Shown piece after piece: positions 30,043-39,047 of a stretch of 64,000 bases of DNA. The first letter of the stretch is position 1, and each line of letters begins with the position of its first letter. Below the pieces are notes generated by a model. It was given only the letters and a program-made list of their open reading frames with translations, was not told the origin of the DNA and searched no databases. The DNA lies in the IMG/VR virus record IMGVR_UViG_3300046737_000169, positions 9,765 through 73,764 of that record; one strand, 5' to 3'. The translations under genes were made by a program, and so were the position numbers. The stretch is from a virus.

Positions 30043-30665
30043 TTCTCGAACCGGGCCACGGCCTTGTGCAGCGCCTCGATCCCGCCCTTCTCGGTCCTCG
30101 CCACGGCTTCCAAAATGGGAAGTCCACTGTCGATCGAAGCCTGAACCTCAGCCCTGGTAGCGTCCCGGCCCTCGCAGATCCAGCCCACTTGCTCCGGCTC
30201 GCCCATCTGGATGAGCGGGCCCGTATCGGTGCGGAAGATCTCGTACTCGCGCGTCATCCAGAGCATGGCCACGCCTGGGTTGCGCGTGATCCCCATGCCG
30301 CCCACGTTCTCGCGCATCTGCTCGTTGTTGATGAGCTCGTCCTCGCGGCGCACCATCTTGGGGTTCGACAGGAACGGGCAGTTCTGCGCCGACCAGACCG
30401 CGCACTCCGCGTGCGACGGCGGCTCGCTCGAAGTCCGGTTGACGCCGCACATGGGACCGGCGACAAAGACTTTCCACACGCCCAGGCGTTCGCCGCAGAC
30501 CCAGCACAGACGCTGCTTGATGGCGCTGATGAACTTCTGGTTGTCCATCGCCCTGAACTCGGGCTTGCCGTTGACATAGGCGACGAACCAAGGAATGGGA
30601 ATGCCCTTGTCGGTGAGCTTCAGGGAGCGCATACGCGCGGGGAGAGTTTCCATGTTGATTGTCAT
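30027..30665 (-). CDS. conserved Cys-rich phage hypothetical protein
   Basis: IPWFV..LCWVCGERLG..EPPSHAECA..CPFL; start at MTINM overlapping the recombinase stop. Confidence 0.7.
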   Translation of the reverse strand: MTINMETLPARMRSLKLTDKGIPIPWFVAYVNGKPEFRAMDNQKFISAIKQRLCWVCGERLGVWKVFVAGPMCGVNRTSSEPPSHAECAVWSAQNCPFLSNPKMVRREDELINNEQMRENVGGMGITRNPGVAMLWMTREYEIFRTDTGPLIQMGEPEQVGWICEGRDATRAEVQASIDSGLPILEAVARTEKGGIEALHKAVARFEKWLPS

Positions 30666-31477
30666 AGCTTGATCGCGTCGCACGCCGGGTTGGCAAGGTC
30701 CACGGTGCTTTTGAGGTAGCGGTCCGTGACCGCAATGGAGGAGTGCCCCAAGGTCAACTGGATCTGCACAAGATCCGCTTTCCCTTTTAAGGCGAGCCGG
30801 GCGAACGTCCTGCGCAAATCGTGCGGCGCTAACTGGGGCACTCCGATCCGTTGGCCCGCCGCCTTTACGATCGCGTGAATGTGGTCTGCCGTCAACCCTT
30901 CCGCGCTCGCCTTCTCCTTCCAGACCCGCCGGAGCACCGGCCCGGTGGAGACCTGAGCCGCCTGCAGCCACTCATGAAGCGCCAGGATGGCCCAGGAGGG
31001 CAGCGGGACCGTCCGGACCCTGCGCCCCTTCCCTACCAGGTCGAGGAGCACCGTGCGGCCGTCGAGCGTCTGTACGTGGGCAACCTGGAGGCTGGCGAGT
31101 TCAGACCGCCGGAGCGCGGCGCCGGTCAGGAGGGCTAACAGGCAACGGTCACGCGCCCCGGCCAGTCCCGGCCCCGGCTCGAGAAGATTGCCCAACTGTC
31201 CGAGCGAGAGCCATGTGCCCATCTTCACACCCCGGACGGGGAGCGAGCGGATCGCCTCGATCGCCATCATCTCGGCGGCGGGCGCGTTCTGCCGCGCCAG
31301 GTGCTTGAGCGCGGCCAGGTGCAGGTTCACCGTCGCGGGCGCGTATCCGCCGTCGCGCCGCTCGGCCACGTAGGTCTGGATGCCGGCGGCGGTAAGCTCT
31401 CGATCGTAGTTGCGCCAGATGGCGGCGTATGCCTCGCGCGATCGCTTCGCGTTGAGGGTTTCAAGACTCGTGTTCAT
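30662..31477 (-). CDS. tyrosine recombinase (Xer/integrase family, no arm-binding domain)
   Basis: Catalytic R (ALRRSEL), K (GKGRR), HDLR, LGH, Y (TDRY). Confidence 0.92.
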   Translation of the reverse strand: MNTSLETLNAKRSREAYAAIWRNYDRELTAAGIQTYVAERRDGGYAPATVNLHLAALKHLARQNAPAAEMMAIEAIRSLPVRGVKMGTWLSLGQLGNLLEPGPGLAGARDRCLLALLTGAALRRSELASLQVAHVQTLDGRTVLLDLVGKGRRVRTVPLPSWAILALHEWLQAAQVSTGPVLRRVWKEKASAEGLTADHIHAIVKAAGQRIGVPQLAPHDLRRTFARLALKGKADLVQIQLTLGHSSIAVTDRYLKSTVDLANPACDAIKL

Positions 31478-31750
31478 TCACTGCGCTCCTTCGGTGCGCG
31501 CCAGTATCCGCACCCATTGATCGACCTTCCAGGCGATGATGAGCACCGCGGTCATCTCGATGAGCGCCACCAGCACGCGCTCCCACTGAATACTCCACTC
31601 GCGATCCTTCTGGCTCCAGTGCTGATACCAGCCCGCGAAGACCACCAATAGGCCCATCGCCATGACCAGGAGGAACAGCCCGCCGAGCGGTCCGGCCAGA
31701 TCCTGCAGCGGATGGACGGCGAGGTCGCGCAGGAGTTCAGGCGGCTTCAA
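31478..31750 (-). CDS. small two-TM membrane protein
   Basis: Two hydrophobic segments. Confidence 0.55.
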   Translation of the reverse strand: MKPPELLRDLAVHPLQDLAGPLGGLFLLVMAMGLLVVFAGWYQHWSQKDREWSIQWERVLVALIEMTAVLIIAWKVDQWVRILARTEGAQ

Positions 31751-32064
31751 GCCGCTCTCCGCTTCCGCATGACGTGGACCTTGGCGGGCGGCTCCTCCAG
31801 CCCGTACGCCCGCGCATCGAAGTAGTTCGTCAAGGGCAGGCGCGGGTTCTTCCGGCCGATATCGGTGTGCATGAACTCCTCGTAGGCATCACGCCCTGCG
31901 TCGGTGATGCGGAACCCGCGCGCCGGTTTAAACTCGATCCACTCGTGGATCAACATCGAGCGGAACGGGCGCTGATCGAAGACCTTGGCCTGCTCGATGG
32001 ACATATGCTGGCCGCTGGCGAAGAGCTCCAGGAGCGGGAACTGCCGGTTGGAGAGCCGCGTCAT
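31747..32064 (-). CDS. hypothetical winged-helix-like protein
   Basis: FRITDAGRDAY wing motif; overlap coupling. Confidence 0.55.
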   Translation of the reverse strand: MTRLSNRQFPLLELFASGQHMSIEQAKVFDQRPFRSMLIHEWIEFKPARGFRITDAGRDAYEEFMHTDIGRKNPRLPLTNYFDARAYGLEEPPAKVHVMRKRRAA

Positions 32065-32363
32065 GCTGCCACCGCCTGGGCTTCCGCCTTCCGCCTTTTG
32101 GCGGCGACTTTCATGCGGCGCCGCATCTCAGCCTTGCGCTCTGCCGGGTCATCAGACCAGCCCCGTTTGGGAGCCGCCACTATGGTATTCCCAATCGGCG
32201 CGGCGCTCTTCGGCGGCCGCCCCAGCTTCTTGTGCCCCTGGAGCGCGGCCAGTTGCTCGCGCAGCCCGTCGACCTCGCGCTGCACGATATCGAGTACGTG
32301 AACCATGCCTGGCAGCAGGGCCGCCATGCCCATCTGCGTGTACGTGGACTCCGTCGTCTTCAT
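32061..32363 (-). CDS. coiled-coil plus AT-hook-like basic protein
   Basis: KKLGRPPK; basic C-terminus. Confidence 0.6.
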   Translation of the reverse strand: MKTTESTYTQMGMAALLPGMVHVLDIVQREVDGLREQLAALQGHKKLGRPPKSAAPIGNTIVAAPKRGWSDDPAERKAEMRRRMKVAAKRRKAEAQAVAA

Positions 32364-32626
32364 CGTCCGTGCCCCGCGTTGATCGCGGCCACGATGGCGC
32401 GTTCCTTCCTGGCTCTCTCCAGGCACTCGCCGCACTGCGCGCGGGTTGAGCAGTGGACCCACGGCGTATAGAGATCCTTGAGCGCATCGCGCAGGCACTC
32501 GCGCGCCGCCGCCTCGGCCTCTTCGACAAAGGAATCGTTGATGTAGACCGCCGGTGTGGAGTAGTCGTCAACGTACGCCGTCATCGCGGGCATCAAGGTC
32601 AGTTCAGTTGCAATATAGACAAGCAA
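32360..32626 (-). CDS. hypothetical protein
   Basis: GAGGTGAAG RBS upstream. Confidence 0.55.
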   Translation of the reverse strand: MLVYIATELTLMPAMTAYVDDYSTPAVYINDSFVEEAEAAARECLRDALKDLYTPWVHCSTRAQCGECLERARKERAIVAAINAGHGR

Positions 32627-32698
32627 GTTGCTTCACCTCACTCAAAATAATACTGAAACTCTTCATTGACAAGCAAATATATTTTTGTCACCATCTGA
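32618..32698. promoter_or_regulatory. divergent promoter/operator region
   Basis: AT-rich; TTGACA at 32666; inverted TGACAA..TTGTCA; direct repeat GACAAGCAA at 32618 and 32668. Confidence 0.65.
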
Positions 32699-32707
32699 TT
32701 GACGCCC

Positions 32708-32944
32708 ATGAAAGTGATAGCCACCTCGGTCAGTGACGAAGAATTGATAGTCCTGCAGGACCGCGCAGACAAGTCCGGTCTGACGATCGCGGCGATGATC
32801 CGCGCGGGCCTGCGCTTACCAGCCGCCCGTAGGCGCGGGCGCCCAGGCGACGCGGTCAAGTGCAATATCTGCCGGCAACTGGTCAGTATCTCGTCGCTGG
32901 CCAAGCACCGGAAGGAGCACAAACTTGCCCTCGGAGCAGCCTAA
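32708..32944 (+). CDS. ribbon-helix-helix regulator with AT-hook and C2H2 finger
   Basis: VIATSVSDEE..A.KSGLTIAAMIR; RRGRP; CNIC..LAKHRKEH. Confidence 0.65.
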   Translation: MKVIATSVSDEELIVLQDRADKSGLTIAAMIRAGLRLPAARRRGRPGDAVKCNICRQLVSISSLAKHRKEHKLALGAA

Positions 32945-33164
32945 CGTACCGAGTCTCGAAGAGCGCATCCTGGCGCTCCTGAAGCATGTCGGAGAACCCG
33001 GCCGCTGCCGGGGCTGCGGATTGGCGATCTACTGGGTCCGTCACCCGGACTCCGGCCGTAACGCGCCGTACGATCCAGACGGTGTGAACCATTTCATCAC
33101 CTGTCCGCGCGCCGACGACTTCCGGAAGAAGAAGGCGTTGGCAAAACGAGCCGCCCCGGCGTAA
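32925..33164 (+). CDS. small Zn-binding phage protein
   Basis: CRGCG..IYW..P.DPDG..HF.TCP.A..FR. Confidence 0.7.
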   Translation: MPSEQPNVPSLEERILALLKHVGEPGRCRGCGLAIYWVRHPDSGRNAPYDPDGVNHFITCPRADDFRKKKALAKRAAPA

Positions 33165-33225
33165 TATCAGGAATCCAGTTTTTTTTGGAAGAGTCCCGTT
33201 TACGGGAAAGGGATGAGGAGATCAA

Positions 33226-33921
33226 ATGAAGAAGATGTTTCTCGCGTCCGCGCTGGCACTGGCCTGCTCGGCGAATCTGGGAGCCACTCTGCTCAGCACG
33301 CTCGTTGCTGGCGGTTCGCTTTCCAATGCCAACATCACCATCGATAACTTCGCGTTCACGCGCACTTGCAGCGGCGTCGGCGTATGCGCGCCCTTGGACG
33401 CCAGCGGTATTGACGTAACGCTGGTAGGCAATCAGATCCGCTTCGCCGGCGGCTTCACCGCCCTTAGCAATGGCGGCTTCGCTACCGCAGATTTCCTCAT
33501 CGCCTACGATCTTCAGTCCACTCTCGCCATTGGCGGCGTGGGTCTGCTGTTTAACGGCGCCGTAGTGGGAGATCAGTCCGCCGCCCAAGTGGTCGAGACC
33601 GTGCTGGCGACCGTGCCCTTCCTGCACGTCGCCGGTCAAGCCCAGGTCAACGCGCCCGGCGGCCCGCTCGCTGATGTGGCTATCCTCGACGCCGCCTACC
33701 AGGATCTGCGGATCGTCAAGGACATCTTCCTCGTGGGCTCCGATACCGAGGGCCTCGGCTACGCGACGATCTCGCTGATCGATCAGTTCTACGCCGGACC
33801 CGGCGTTGACCCGTTCTGCGTCGATGGGACGTGCGACGATGTGCCGGAGCCGGGCACCTACGGCCTGATGGGCTCGGCCCTGATGGGCATCTACCTGATC
33901 CGCCGCCGTAGGGTAAGCTAG
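33226..33921 (+). CDS. PEP-CTERM sorting domain surface protein
   Basis: N-terminal signal peptide; C-terminal VPEPGTYGLMGSALMGIYLIRRRR. Confidence 0.92.
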   Translation: MKKMFLASALALACSANLGATLLSTLVAGGSLSNANITIDNFAFTRTCSGVGVCAPLDASGIDVTLVGNQIRFAGGFTALSNGGFATADFLIAYDLQSTLAIGGVGLLFNGAVVGDQSAAQVVETVLATVPFLHVAGQAQVNAPGGPLADVAILDAAYQDLRIVKDIFLVGSDTEGLGYATISLIDQFYAGPGVDPFCVDGTCDDVPEPGTYGLMGSALMGIYLIRRRRVS

Positions 33922-33960
33922 AGTCTCTTCCTCCTCCAGGGAAGCGAAGCTACGAAACTC

Positions 33961-34009
33961 AAAAGGGCGTCCCGGCAACCATCATCACCGGGGAACGCCC
34001 TTTTTTTTT
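33961..34009 (+). terminator. rho-independent terminator
   Basis: AAAAGGGCGT..ACGCCC stem followed by T9. Confidence 0.8.
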
Positions 34010-34026
34010 ATTTCGAGGTGAAACAC

Positions 34027-34821
34027 ATGCTCAAAATTTCTGTCCTCGCGACATCGAGCGCCGGCAACGCTACGTTCGTCAGCGATGGAACCACCCGCCT
34101 GTTAGTCGATGCCGGACTCTCGCTCTACGACACCGCCGAGAGGCTCGCCGCGATCGGCGAAGACATCGACCGGATCAACGCCGTGCTCCTGACGCATCCG
34201 CATTCGGACCATGCGTTCGGCCTCACTACGCTCATCAAGCGCTGGCGCCGCGGCGGCGCCTTCGTGCCGGTGTACTGCTCGGCCTCCACATTCGAGGCGC
34301 TCGGCCAGATGATTCCGCCGCACTGGTATCGGCACGTTGCCCAGCACGACGAGTGGAAGGTTGGAGAATTGCACTGCGAGACGTTCGCCGTCGAGCACGA
34401 CACCGGCGAGCCGCTCGGCTTCACCGTCGCCGATACCGGGGGCAGGCGCGCCACGTTCGCGCTCGACCTGGGCAAGATCGACGGCTACCTGGGCGAGTAC
34501 CTCGCCTGTGCGGAAGTGCTGTTCCTCGAGTCCAATCACGATCCGGAGATGCTCGCGGCCGGACCGTACCAGTACAAGCTGAAGCAGCGCATCGCGCAAA
34601 CGCACTTGTCGAATGCAGCCGCCTGTAAATGGATCGAGGAGCACATGACCTCGCGTACGGGTCACTTGCTCCTCGGTCACTTATCGAAAACCACCAACGA
34701 TCCGGAACTGGTGCGCCTGATGGCCATGCGGGCGCTCAACGAGCGCGGCCTGGATTCGGGCGTCGTCGAAGTGATTGCGCCGGGAGAGCCGCCTTCAGGG
34801 CCGCTCGTCATCGACGACTAG
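34027..34821 (+). CDS. MBL-fold metallo-hydrolase (YycJ/WalJ-like)
   Basis: S.S.GN, LLVDAG, THPHSDH, HD, DLG, ESNHD, HLSN, GHLS. Confidence 0.88.
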   Translation: MLKISVLATSSAGNATFVSDGTTRLLVDAGLSLYDTAERLAAIGEDIDRINAVLLTHPHSDHAFGLTTLIKRWRRGGAFVPVYCSASTFEALGQMIPPHWYRHVAQHDEWKVGELHCETFAVEHDTGEPLGFTVADTGGRRATFALDLGKIDGYLGEYLACAEVLFLESNHDPEMLAAGPYQYKLKQRIAQTHLSNAAACKWIEEHMTSRTGHLLLGHLSKTTNDPELVRLMAMRALNERGLDSGVVEVIAPGEPPSGPLVIDD

Positions 34822-35072
34822 CACTCGCAGTTCTGCCAGGAGCGCCCGCACTCCGAGCAAAGGCCGGTGCGCGGGTGTCCAGCCGCCTGAGCGTAGGTGT
34901 CGGTCCAGGGCTCGGTCGTCGCCTCGACGGTCTGGCGCAGAACCAGGTCGTCGTCCGCCGGCTCAGCCGCCTGAGGTTCAGCCGCCTGAGTCAGCCGCCT
35001 CTTCTTCTCGGCGTTGGCCGCCTGCATCCGCGCCAGGGCCTCGCGTTGCGCGGGCGTCATCGGTATTGCCAT
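34818..35072 (-). CDS. hypothetical protein with C-terminal Cys cluster
   Basis: GAGGAG RBS; CSECG..CEC. Confidence 0.55.
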   Translation of the reverse strand: MAIPMTPAQREALARMQAANAEKKRRLTQAAEPQAAEPADDDLVLRQTVEATTEPWTDTYAQAAGHPRTGLCSECGRSWQNCEC

Positions 35073-35085
35073 AGCTTTATTCTCC

Positions 35086-35364
35086 TCACGACTTCGGCCT
35101 CTTGGGGCAGTTGGCCCAGTGCCCGCGCAGGGTCGTCCCGCTGATGATGGCTCCGCAGCCCCACCAGCACTTGACCGACACGCCCTTGGGCCTCCCCAGG
35201 TTCCGGGGATCGCCCTTCTTGCGCCCCGGCTTCTTCTTCGGCGGTCCAGCCGCCCGTGCGGCGCTCACCGAGTTCGGGCACTCGGTGTGGTGCGCCTGAT
35301 CGAGCCGCTCGAAAATGAACAGCCCGCAATTGCACTCAACCTGTTGTTGTTCCACTCCCTTCAC
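35086..35364 (-). CDS. small Zn-finger/AT-hook-like basic protein
   Basis: CNCG..H..CP; PGRKK..GRPK; CWWGCG..H..CP. Confidence 0.6.
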   Translation of the reverse strand: MKGVEQQQVECNCGLFIFERLDQAHHTECPNSVSAARAAGPPKKKPGRKKGDPRNLGRPKGVSVKCWWGCGAIISGTTLRGHWANCPKRPKS

Positions 35365-35420
35365 CTCTCATTGGGGAAATATCCCAGGAGGAGCGCTCGC
35401 AAGCGCCCTCCCTGCGATGC

Positions 35421-35591
35421 TTACCGCATGTTGGCGATCATCTGGTTCACCTTGCCTTGCCGCTTGTCCGGCGGCAGCGCGTCCATGATGTGCTGCGCCA
35501 GCATGAGCACCGCATGGGCCTCCTGCTTCGACATCTCGACCGTGATCTTGTCTGTGGTCTTCTTCAACTGGTCCTCGTTTCCCGCGTCCAT
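35421..35591 (-). CDS. small hypothetical protein (start uncertain)
   Basis: ITVEMSKQEAHAVLML..; codon bias. Confidence 0.45.
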   Translation of the reverse strand: MDAGNEDQLKKTTDKITVEMSKQEAHAVLMLAQHIMDALPPDKRQGKVNQMIANMR

Positions 35592-35652
35592 CCGGCGATG
35601 GATTCGCGCCTGGAGCCGCCCGTCAGGACGGCCCCTCGGTGCGAGCCCTCCG

Positions 35653-36438
35653 CTACCGCGAGAACGGCTCGACAAAGATCGCGTACTCGCGCCCCTTGCC
35701 AATGCCCTCGATGGTCACCGTCTCGCACGCGCCGTCCATGCCGAACGCTTCCCAGAGTTGCCGGGTCCGCTCGTCGCTCCGGCCTACGGTGAACAGTAAG
35801 CTCGGCTCAGGCGCGGGCTCGACCTTGAAGTACATGCCATCGGCGAACCACTCGGCGAGGTGGGCGTGGACGTGGAACGAGGCGCTGCCGATCTGCATCG
35901 TGGAGTACAGCGACACCGGCGCGCCCCCGGTGTCCTGGACCGGCACGCCGTCGCGGTACTCGTCATCGCCGATAGCCTCCTCGTTGACCTTCCACTCGAA
36001 GTCGCTCGCCCTTGAAATGCGCACCACGTCGTCCTCGTTGTACTCGCCAGCACGCGCACCCGGCTGCGGAATCGGCGAACAGTCCTCACGGTCGCACTCG
36101 GACACCTCGCCCGCCCAGTCGCAGTGAGTGCAGTACGCGGGCGAGTCCGGCCCCCACTCGCGCGTGTCGTCCTCGACCTCGGTTTCGACATGGTCGATCC
36201 CGTGATCGACGATGCGCGCCTCGATGTTCTGCGTCACATACAGCTTGTCGGACTTCGCGCACCTGGGGCAGCAGAAACGCGGAGTGTAGATCCCTGCGGC
36301 GTCCTTGATTCCGAGCGCCATGCCCGCCCGTTTAGCCGCCAGCCAATCGTTGTAGCTCATCTGCGTGACGTTGTGCGCCACGTCCGCCTGCCAGTCTTCC
36401 ACCGGCCACAGAATTTCAGTCGCCTGTTTTACGTCCAT
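35653..36438 (-). CDS. hypothetical acidic protein with Zn ribbon
   Basis: GAGGTGAAG RBS; CPRC..CTHC. Confidence 0.7.
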   Translation of the reverse strand: MDVKQATEILWPVEDWQADVAHNVTQMSYNDWLAAKRAGMALGIKDAAGIYTPRFCCPRCAKSDKLYVTQNIEARIVDHGIDHVETEVEDDTREWGPDSPAYCTHCDWAGEVSECDREDCSPIPQPGARAGEYNEDDVVRISRASDFEWKVNEEAIGDDEYRDGVPVQDTGGAPVSLYSTMQIGSASFHVHAHLAEWFADGMYFKVEPAPEPSLLFTVGRSDERTRQLWEAFGMDGACETVTIEGIGKGREYAIFVEPFSR

Positions 36439-36601
36439 CACTTCACCTCTTCTTCTTTCTCTTCGCCCAAAAATAGAAACAGCCAGCACTCGGTCCCTTC
36501 CACCTCCAGCGTCTCGCCGCTGAGGAGGATCACGCCGTCGTCGCCTACCCGCTCCTTGACCTTCGCCACAAACCGCCGCAACTCTTTGACCGTGACCGCC
36601 A

Positions 36602-36901
36602 TCACTTCACCTCAACCTTTCTTCGGTTCTCTAATACGTGCGCGATGGCCTGCTCGACCAACGCATCGCCCAGGCGCGCAAAGCGCCGGTCAGCCGCCTG
36701 TCGGGCGCGCTTCTCATACTCTTCGCGTGACCACGGGAGGAACACGGCCCGCCCGCCCAGGCCCTTGGCCTCGATGCGGCACTCTTCGCGCGTCATCAGG
36801 TAGCTGAGCCCCGGAGCCTTGAAAGTGTCGCGCCACCGGCCCGTGACCGGATCTCGGCGCGAGCCCTGTAGCTTGTACTCAAACACCGGCTTCTTCTTCA
36901 T
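36602..36901 (-). CDS. hypothetical protein
   Basis: Overlap-coupled; ends in EVK, which carries the RBS of the next gene. Confidence 0.6.
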   Translation of the reverse strand: MKKKPVFEYKLQGSRRDPVTGRWRDTFKAPGLSYLMTREECRIEAKGLGGRAVFLPWSREEYEKRARQAADRRFARLGDALVEQAIAHVLENRRKVEVK

Positions 36902-37443
36902 CGCTTCCCCTCCATCGGACACGCCTCGTCATGCTCTTCGCCGTACCAGGAGCGGTCGTCGCAGTCGCACACCGGGTCGTAGTCGCTCCAGTGGTTGTCC
37001 AGGTGATCGGCCAGATCCTTCGCGCCAGCCGCCCGTAGCGCGGCGAGGATAGCCGCGTGCTGCTCGCTATCGACCAGCAACTGCCGCACGCCCGTAGGTT
37101 CGTCGTCGCCCTCCTCTTCGTCGTTGGCCTTGTCCGCGCAACCGGGGCAAAGCTCGCGGTCCTCAGAGTCCCATCCCCAGTCGCCTGAGTCGGACGGGTT
37201 CACGTCCACGCGCTTGCACTCTTCGCACACGCGGATGCCCGCCTCGTCGTTGCCGATCCAGACCCACGCCTGTACGTAGGCCCCGATATCGTCCTCGCCG
37301 TCGCGCGACACCGGCGCTTCGTCGTCCACCTCCAGCGTGCCTTCGTCGTAGTGAACGCGGATGGCCGCTGCCCGGTAGGCGTTGTCCAGGAGTTCTTTGT
37401 TGTCCTCGTTCATCGGGCTCGCATCACGAACCTTCTTTGCCAT
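36898..37443 (-). CDS. hypothetical highly acidic protein
   Basis: GAGGTG RBS; GAYVQAWVW motif; CxxC pairs. Confidence 0.65.
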   Translation of the reverse strand: MAKKVRDASPMNEDNKELLDNAYRAAAIRVHYDEGTLEVDDEAPVSRDGEDDIGAYVQAWVWIGNDEAGIRVCEECKRVDVNPSDSGDWGWDSEDRELCPGCADKANDEEEGDDEPTGVRQLLVDSEQHAAILAALRAAGAKDLADHLDNHWSDYDPVCDCDDRSWYGEEHDEACPMEGKR

Positions 37444-37637
37444 CACCTCACCTCCCTGGCGCGGGCGCGCTTGCGCTCGCGCATCCAGATATCGTCGTCG
37501 CGCCGGTCGTTGTCGCCAACAAGCCAGCCCATCATCCACATGCTCTGCTCGATCTTGGAGAGCGTAGCGGGCGCTTCGCAGGGAAGTCCCCGCAGGCCCG
37601 CCGCGCGCCCGTCATCGGAGACGTTAGGCTTTGCCAT
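37443..37637 (-). CDS. small hypothetical protein
   Basis: Overlap-coupled; GRAAGLRG.PC..W..GW. Confidence 0.5.
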   Translation of the reverse strand: MAKPNVSDDGRAAGLRGLPCEAPATLSKIEQSMWMMGWLVGDNDRRDDDIWMRERKRARAREVR

Positions 37638-38124
37638 CGCCCTTCACCTCCATGTCAAGCTCCAGCCGCTCGCACAGGTCTTCGAGCGAAATGCCTTCGC
37701 AGATGTCGTCGTTTTCGAGTTCGACAACATCGCCGTCTTCGCCGAAAGCATCCTGCAACTCCTGCTCTAGTTCGTGCAGCGCATCCCAGTAGTGCGACTG
37801 CGCCGCCTGCGCCCGTTCGAGTGAATCGCGCACCTCGCGGTGTGGGTCCGGCTCCGGCTCTTCTTCTGCCGCTGGCCCCTGGTCTGAGAACACCTCGAAG
37901 CGCCCGCGCCAGTCTTCCATGAACTCGCCCAGGTTGTCGTAGATATCCGCCTCGCCGGGTTCGTCGCCCACCTGGACCTGCATACTCGCGCCGCTGTTCT
38001 CGCGCAGGTAGACCGGCAACCGGCGCGGCTCTGACTTGAGCTTGCCGTGCGCGGCGATGTCCGGGGGCAATGCCCCGGCATCGACTATGCCGATTTGAAA
38101 CGTCACTTTCTTCGCCGCCATCAC
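37624..38124 (-). CDS. hypothetical acidic protein
   Basis: GAGGTGAAG RBS; D/E-rich. Confidence 0.65.
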   Translation of the reverse strand: MMAAKKVTFQIGIVDAGALPPDIAAHGKLKSEPRRLPVYLRENSGASMQVQVGDEPGEADIYDNLGEFMEDWRGRFEVFSDQGPAAEEEPEPDPHREVRDSLERAQAAQSHYWDALHELEQELQDAFGEDGDVVELENDDICEGISLEDLCERLELDMEVKGDGKA

Positions 38125-38414
38125 TTCACCTCCTCGAAGCGGATGCGGAACTTCCGCCCGTCCTTCGTTGTGATCTCTTGGCCGTCCTCGAACTCCAGAG
38201 AGTTGATGAACATGAGCGTCCCCGGATGGTCAGGGTCTTCCTCGTCCCCCGGATACTCCAGTCCGTTCACCTCGGCCTCGCGCTCGGCCAGCCGCCGCGC
38301 CGCCCCAAATTCGTCGTCGTCCGGCTCGGCCTCCATGAGTGCGCCACTCAAGCAGTCCTCATCGGCTCCGTACTCGCGCCACTGCAAAATCGTCAATACC
38401 ATTACCGCTTTCAC
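38121..38414 (-). CDS. hypothetical acidic protein
   Basis: Follows a repeat element; D/E-rich. Confidence 0.6.
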   Translation of the reverse strand: MKAVMVLTILQWREYGADEDCLSGALMEAEPDDDEFGAARRLAEREAEVNGLEYPGDEEDPDHPGTLMFINSLEFEDGQEITTKDGRKFRIRFEEVK

Positions 38415-38474
38415 CTCGGGAAGTGTCCCAGGAGTGGCAGCCGCCCGTGCTGCTGCCCTCCCTGCGATGCTTTC

Positions 38475-39047
38475 CTAGACCGTCACCGGCACAAACTTCC
38501 AGTCCTGGCCCAGCGAGTCCTTCATGTCTTCCAGGCACGCATAGTCATCGTCGTCACCGGCCCCCTCCATCGCCACGCGCACCAGACCGTCCGAGAGCCG
38601 GTAGACCTTGAACGCAGTTCCCTCGCCGCTCTCAATCGAGCCCAGGTGCTCACCCGGATACGGCTGCGGCTCGTCGAACACAAGCACCGGCGGGTCTTCC
38701 CACGGCCCCTCGGAATCCCAGTAGTCAACCACCTTGTCAACCTCGGACATGAGCGGCTCAAGCGCCATGTGGTAGTCGTTGATTACGTCGTAGCCGGAGT
38801 TGCCGTAAATCAGGACCACTTCGCCCAGGAGCGCCAGCCGCCCGTCCGCGTCGCGCGTGGCATCCACATACAGGTGGTCGTCGTCGGTCGTCATGAGCGC
38901 GCGCATGATCTCGTTCGCCTTGCGTGATTGCCACAAGACAATCTCTTCGCCGTTGTGGACGCTGATGTTGTGGCCCCTGGCGAGCGCAGTCTGCACAAAC
39001 GTGCCGATCACATGCCGCTCGATAAACTGCCTGATTCTCACTGTCAC
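38475..39047 (-). CDS. hypothetical protein
   Basis: GTG start after GAGGTGAAG; VVLIYGNSGYDVINDY. Confidence 0.65.
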   Translation of the reverse strand: MTVRIRQFIERHVIGTFVQTALARGHNISVHNGEEIVLWQSRKANEIMRALMTTDDDHLYVDATRDADGRLALLGEVVLIYGNSGYDVINDYHMALEPLMSEVDKVVDYWDSEGPWEDPPVLVFDEPQPYPGEHLGSIESGEGTAFKVYRLSDGLVRVAMEGAGDDDDYACLEDMKDSLGQDWKFVPVTV

